In this document: one piece after another, positions 60,334-64,000 of the stretch | Layout of the letters: each line of letters opens with the position of its first letter | How positions within the stretch are numbered: position 1 is the stretch's first letter | Source of the DNA: Entomortierella parvispora E1425 | Lineage: Eukaryota > Fungi > Mortierellomycota | DNA length: 64,000 nucleotides | Reading direction: 5' to 3' | NCBI GenBank assembly: GCA_020891255.1 | Contig: BQFW01000002.1 | Coordinates: forward strand, 3,928,395-3,992,394 | Program-made: the position numbers and the translations under genes | The notes under the pieces: generated by a model | Told to the model about the DNA's origin: nothing | What the model saw: only the letters and a program-made list of their open reading frames with translations | Databases searched by the model: none

Positions 60334-61137
60334 CTATCTGGGGCCACGCCTGGAGGCGGGGCGGGAGTGGTATGGTTTGGGGCGGGAGTGGGCACGCTTG
60401 GGCTTGGGATGGGCCTGTGGCCTGAGGCGGAAGAGGTGATGAGAGATCTGATCACTCAAATCCATGAACTGGTCCTCCAGGTCATCCAAGCCTTGCATCG
60501 CCGAATGTTCGCCTACTTGGGCTTGCTCGTGTATCCTGAGGCGCGCTTCGACATACTCGAAGCGCCTTTGGAGAGTCTGAACGAAGGTCTCCAGGGCCTG
60601 GGTATATTGCCTCGGATGCATAGGGGTTGGGGCGTCTTGTGGTTGGTGAACGTCAACCACGGGCGCCTGGTCGACAGTGCCAGTCGCTGCCTGTGACAGG
60701 GGGGGGAGTCCACCCCCCATTGTCTCCAGCGGGCTCTGTGGCACCATCTCCAACAGGTCTTGTTCTTGCTCGAGCGCCGGCAATGGTTGGGTAGCCTCAT
60801 CGTCCGCATCAGCCACGTACGTGGTGTCAGCAACGTGATGGCCTTGCCCCGTCTCGTCCTCCCTGTCCCGAGGGAGGGTCCGTTATCTCGGCGTCGTCAT
60901 CTTGGTGGTTGTCCTCCTTGAGTCCTCGCTCCCCTGCCCCTCGTCATCGGACCCGCCGAAGACGGTGTGGGTGGGGGGAGCCCGCCTCTGGCGGGGGCGG
61001 AGGTTCATGGGTCTAGGACTCATCATGGAGCCCTTAAGGTGGCTGTGGGCCTGTGTTAAGGGAACCAGGCCATTCTCGCCAACAAAGTCGTCGATGGTGA
61101 CCTTCTTGGGGGTTTGGACAACTGTCTTGAAGCTCAC
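60334..61137 (-). pseudogene. Disrupted ORF (acidic/Pro-rich with a coiled-coil-like segment), possibly a mobile-element relic
   Basis: ORFs 60883-61137 and 60334-60816 share a frame and are separated by a single TAA at 60883-60885. Confidence 0.35.
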
Positions 61138-61503
61138 TGGGGGAGTGCTGGGGGGCAGCGTGGCGGTTCATGGTGGGAGTGCTGTTGTTGGTGGGGGTGG
61201 GTGGGTGGAATGGAGGAATGGAGAGAATGGAGAGAAGAGAAAGAGGTCCAAATTAGGTTGGGCATCTCTTTCATCTTTTCCATCTTGCTCCATCTTACTC
61301 CATCTCAATCCACCCTGACGATGGCGTGATCGATGGAACCCGATCGGACCAATCGCATGCATCCACGACCCTGACAAGATGCATGAGGGCATTTCTCCAA
61401 CTCTTGGTCTCTTGGTCACACCCAAATGACCCCCCTGAGTGGGGGTCAGGGGAAAGTTGGGGTCTCTGGGGGGAGACTGGGTGGACGGACTTTAGGGTGA
61501 AGA

Positions 61504-61567
61504 AAACCCTACAATGGGGAAACCCTGCAATGGGGAGACCCTACGCTGGGGACACCCCAGATTGGGG
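61504..61567. repeat. 16-bp repeat x4 (ANACCC...TGGGG)
   Basis: Units start at 61504, 61520, 61536 and 61552. Confidence 0.8.
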
Positions 61568-61889
61568 TGAGCTATGCCCAGGGCACCCAAGTTAGGGTGC
61601 AAGGTGGGGAAAGTAGGGTGTCCTTGTCTTGTCTTGTCTGCCTGCATGGGAGGAAAGCCCGCCCATGTCACCCCAAGTAGGGGTGAGCGGGGAATAGGAG
61701 TCCTTGCTTGCGCGCTCGCATGGGCGAGCTGGGATGCGCAAGCTGGCAGAGTCTTGAACGGCAACGGTGAGCAGAAAGGCGCAAGAAGAAGCTGCAAGTG
61801 CAAGCTAATGGGATAGCTGATGGCGAGTGGCCTCCCGAGCCCCATTGCCACGGCTCACGAGTGGGCTATGGATAGGGCTGCTAAAACCT

Positions 61890-62735
61890 CCTCTGGCCCC
61901 CAGTCCCCGGGGGAAGTGGGAGGAAGCCGGCCAGAGGGGGGCAAAACAGACCAACTTGGAGCAGTCAGTCTGCAATGGGCTTGAAGGATGGACCGCAGGG
62001 AGCGTCCATCGGTGGTATCTGGGGCAGCCGCGGCAGAGGGCAGCAGCAGCAGAGTCAGCCCCAAATCTCTATTTCTCACAGGTGAGGAAGATGAGCAAGT
62101 GGGGAGAGAAGAGAAAAGAACCCCCCTCCTGGACCTATTCCTCAGAAGGGAGTGGGGTGGCGAGTCCGGCCAGGGGGGAAGATCCACGTCGAGATCAACA
62201 ACTTGACCGAAGGGAATCAGCATGCAGCGACATGCGACGGGCTTGAGTGGATGGCGCGCAGGAAGCGTCCATCGGTGATATCTGGGGCAACAGCAATAGA
62301 GGCTGCTGCAGCAGAATCAGCTCCCAGTCCCAACTCCCATCCCTCACACAAAAGGGATGGGCAAGTGGGGAGAAAACCCCCTGGCCCCCAGTCCCTCGGG
62401 GGGGAGTGGGCAGGAGCCGGCCAGAGGGGGAGGATCCGCGCCGAGATCAACAACTTGGCTGAAGGGAATCAGCATGCAGCGACATGCGACGGGCTTGAGT
62501 GGATGGCGCGCAGGAAGCGTCCATCGGTGACATCTGGGGCAATAGCAATAGATGCTGCTGCTGCAGAATCAGCCCCCAATCCCAACTCCCATCCCTCACA
62601 CAAAAGGGATGGGCAAGTGGGAGAAACCCCCCTGGCCCCCAGTCCCTCGGGGGGAGTGGGTGGGGGCCGGCCAGGGGGGAAGATCCGCGCCGAGATCAAC
62701 AACTTGGCCACAGGGAATCGACATGCAGTGACATG
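61890..62735 (+). repeat. ~250-bp tandem repeat, ~3.3 copies (spacings 252 and 249 bp)
   Basis: GAGATCAACAACTTG starts at 62191, 62443 and 62692; a more diverged copy lies upstream. Confidence 0.9.
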
Positions 62736-63161
62736 ATGGTCATAATTGAATGGAGCGCCAACCAGTGACAACTAGAGCAAATAGAGGCAAAGACCAAGAT
62801 CGACCTCCTAGCTCAGTCTCCAAAGGGAGAGAAGGCCCAACCAAAAGACCACTGAAGCGAGAAGCCCGGCTGGCTGTGGTCTATGTGAACAAGAAAACAA
62901 AAAGGACATCAGCATGGATTCTTTTTCCAAGAAGAGAGCAACACCAAGCGCTTGAGAAGCAACACCTACTGCAGAAGTGGACAGAACAACACGCTGGAGT
63001 GAAGCTTTTTTTTTGTTTCCGCAAAAAAAAAAAAAAAAAGATCAAGCCCGCAGGACAGAAGTGAATAGCAACTATGCAGGGAAGCGAAAAGTCCGTCCAT
63101 TGTCAGATCCAGTCAGGAGGGTTTGGCCAAGAATAATGAGCCAAGAGGAGGACCAGGGCTA

Positions 63162-63506
63162 GGAAGAGCCAGGACCAAGAAGAGGGCCAGGACTAGGAAG
63201 AGGGCCAGGACCAAGAAGATGGCCAGGACCAGGAAGAGGGCCAGGACCAGGAAGAGGGCCAGGACCAGGAAGAGGGCCAGGACCAGGAAGAGGGCCAGGA
63301 CCAGGAAGAGGGCCAGGACCAGGAAGAGGGCCAGGACCAAGAAGAGGGCCAGGACCAGGAAGAGGGCCAGGACCAAGAAGAGGGCCAGGAATAGGAAGAG
63401 GGCCAGGACTAGGAAGAGGGCCAGGACCAGGAAGAGGGCCAGGACCAGGAAGAGGGCCAGGACCAGGAAGAGGGCCAGGACCAGGAAGAGGGCCAGGACC
63501 AAGAAG
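63162..63506. repeat. 18-bp minisatellite (GAAGAGGGCCAGGACCAG), ~19 copies
   Basis: Read directly; frames give KRARTR, EEGQDQ (with TAG stops), or PGPGPL/LVLALF on the reverse strand. Confidence 0.95.
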
Positions 63507-64000
63507 AAAAACCCCCGACCTCGACCTGATCCGAAACTTCAGTCGACTCAGAACCAAGGTCAAGGTCACTGGCTAGGTTGGCAACAGCAAGAAGAGACCA
63601 CGTTAGAATGCATTTCGTTTTTTTTTCCCTTTCCGCTGTCCGTGACTTTTCGCAGCACTTTTCTTTCTTTTTGCCTTTGCGGCTCTGAGAAATCACTCTT
63701 TCCCCGTTCTTCAAAAGATACTCTTCTCAAACTTACCGTACGAACGGATGCAACATCCAGGACAGCAAGGACAGCAGGGTGCAACCAGTCTATGTCTTCT
63801 GTGCGAATGTGGACCCATGCAACAAAAAGTACTAGACTCGAGGCATGGCTCCGGCGTTTTAGAAAACCAGAAACTTGAATCGAGACCGTGCAGAAGCAGG
63901 ACAACGCAGGTTTTCATGCAAAACCTCAAGACCCACAGGTGCAGGTTATGGGCTCATCCTTCTGGACATCCGGTCCTCGGAAGGAGCAGGAGCGGAGGGT

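Overview
Intron-rich fungal nuclear DNA. Gene style suggests an early-diverging fungus, possibly Mortierellaceae (inference only). Bases 1-34.3 kb are a compact housekeeping block: Vps3/TGFBRAP1-like (partial), RPL39, DUF3605/GIG1-like, GAR1, RPL28, NDUFAF5, HEM3, a CE4 deacetylase with a pseudogenised tandem copy, a Myb/SANT-like protein, a TBC protein, JMJD5-like, NAA15/NAT1, ECHDC1-like, an alpha/beta hydrolase, an Ecl1-like protein and an STK32-like kinase. The standout is a young 6,890-bp DNA transposon (34360-41249) with 255-bp TIRs (1 mismatch, TAG...CTA ends) and a 9-bp TSD (CTTGGGGGA). It encodes a DUF6589/Academ-type DDE transposase (one +1 frameshift) convergent with a RecQ-like helicase, which is the AcademH architecture. 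It also carries a spliced zinc-finger cargo gene and three internal tandem arrays, and it sits in the ~313-bp divergent promoter shared by the kinase and RPL43. After RPL43, a CYSTM gene and two secreted-type ORFs, ~47.5-64 kb has no recognisable intact conserved gene. It holds decayed ORFs, a dispersed repeat module, several 18-bp arrays and a telomere-like T5-7AG3-4 tract phased at 10.5 bp. Exon boundaries and family calls come from manual reading and motif recall; no database searches were run.
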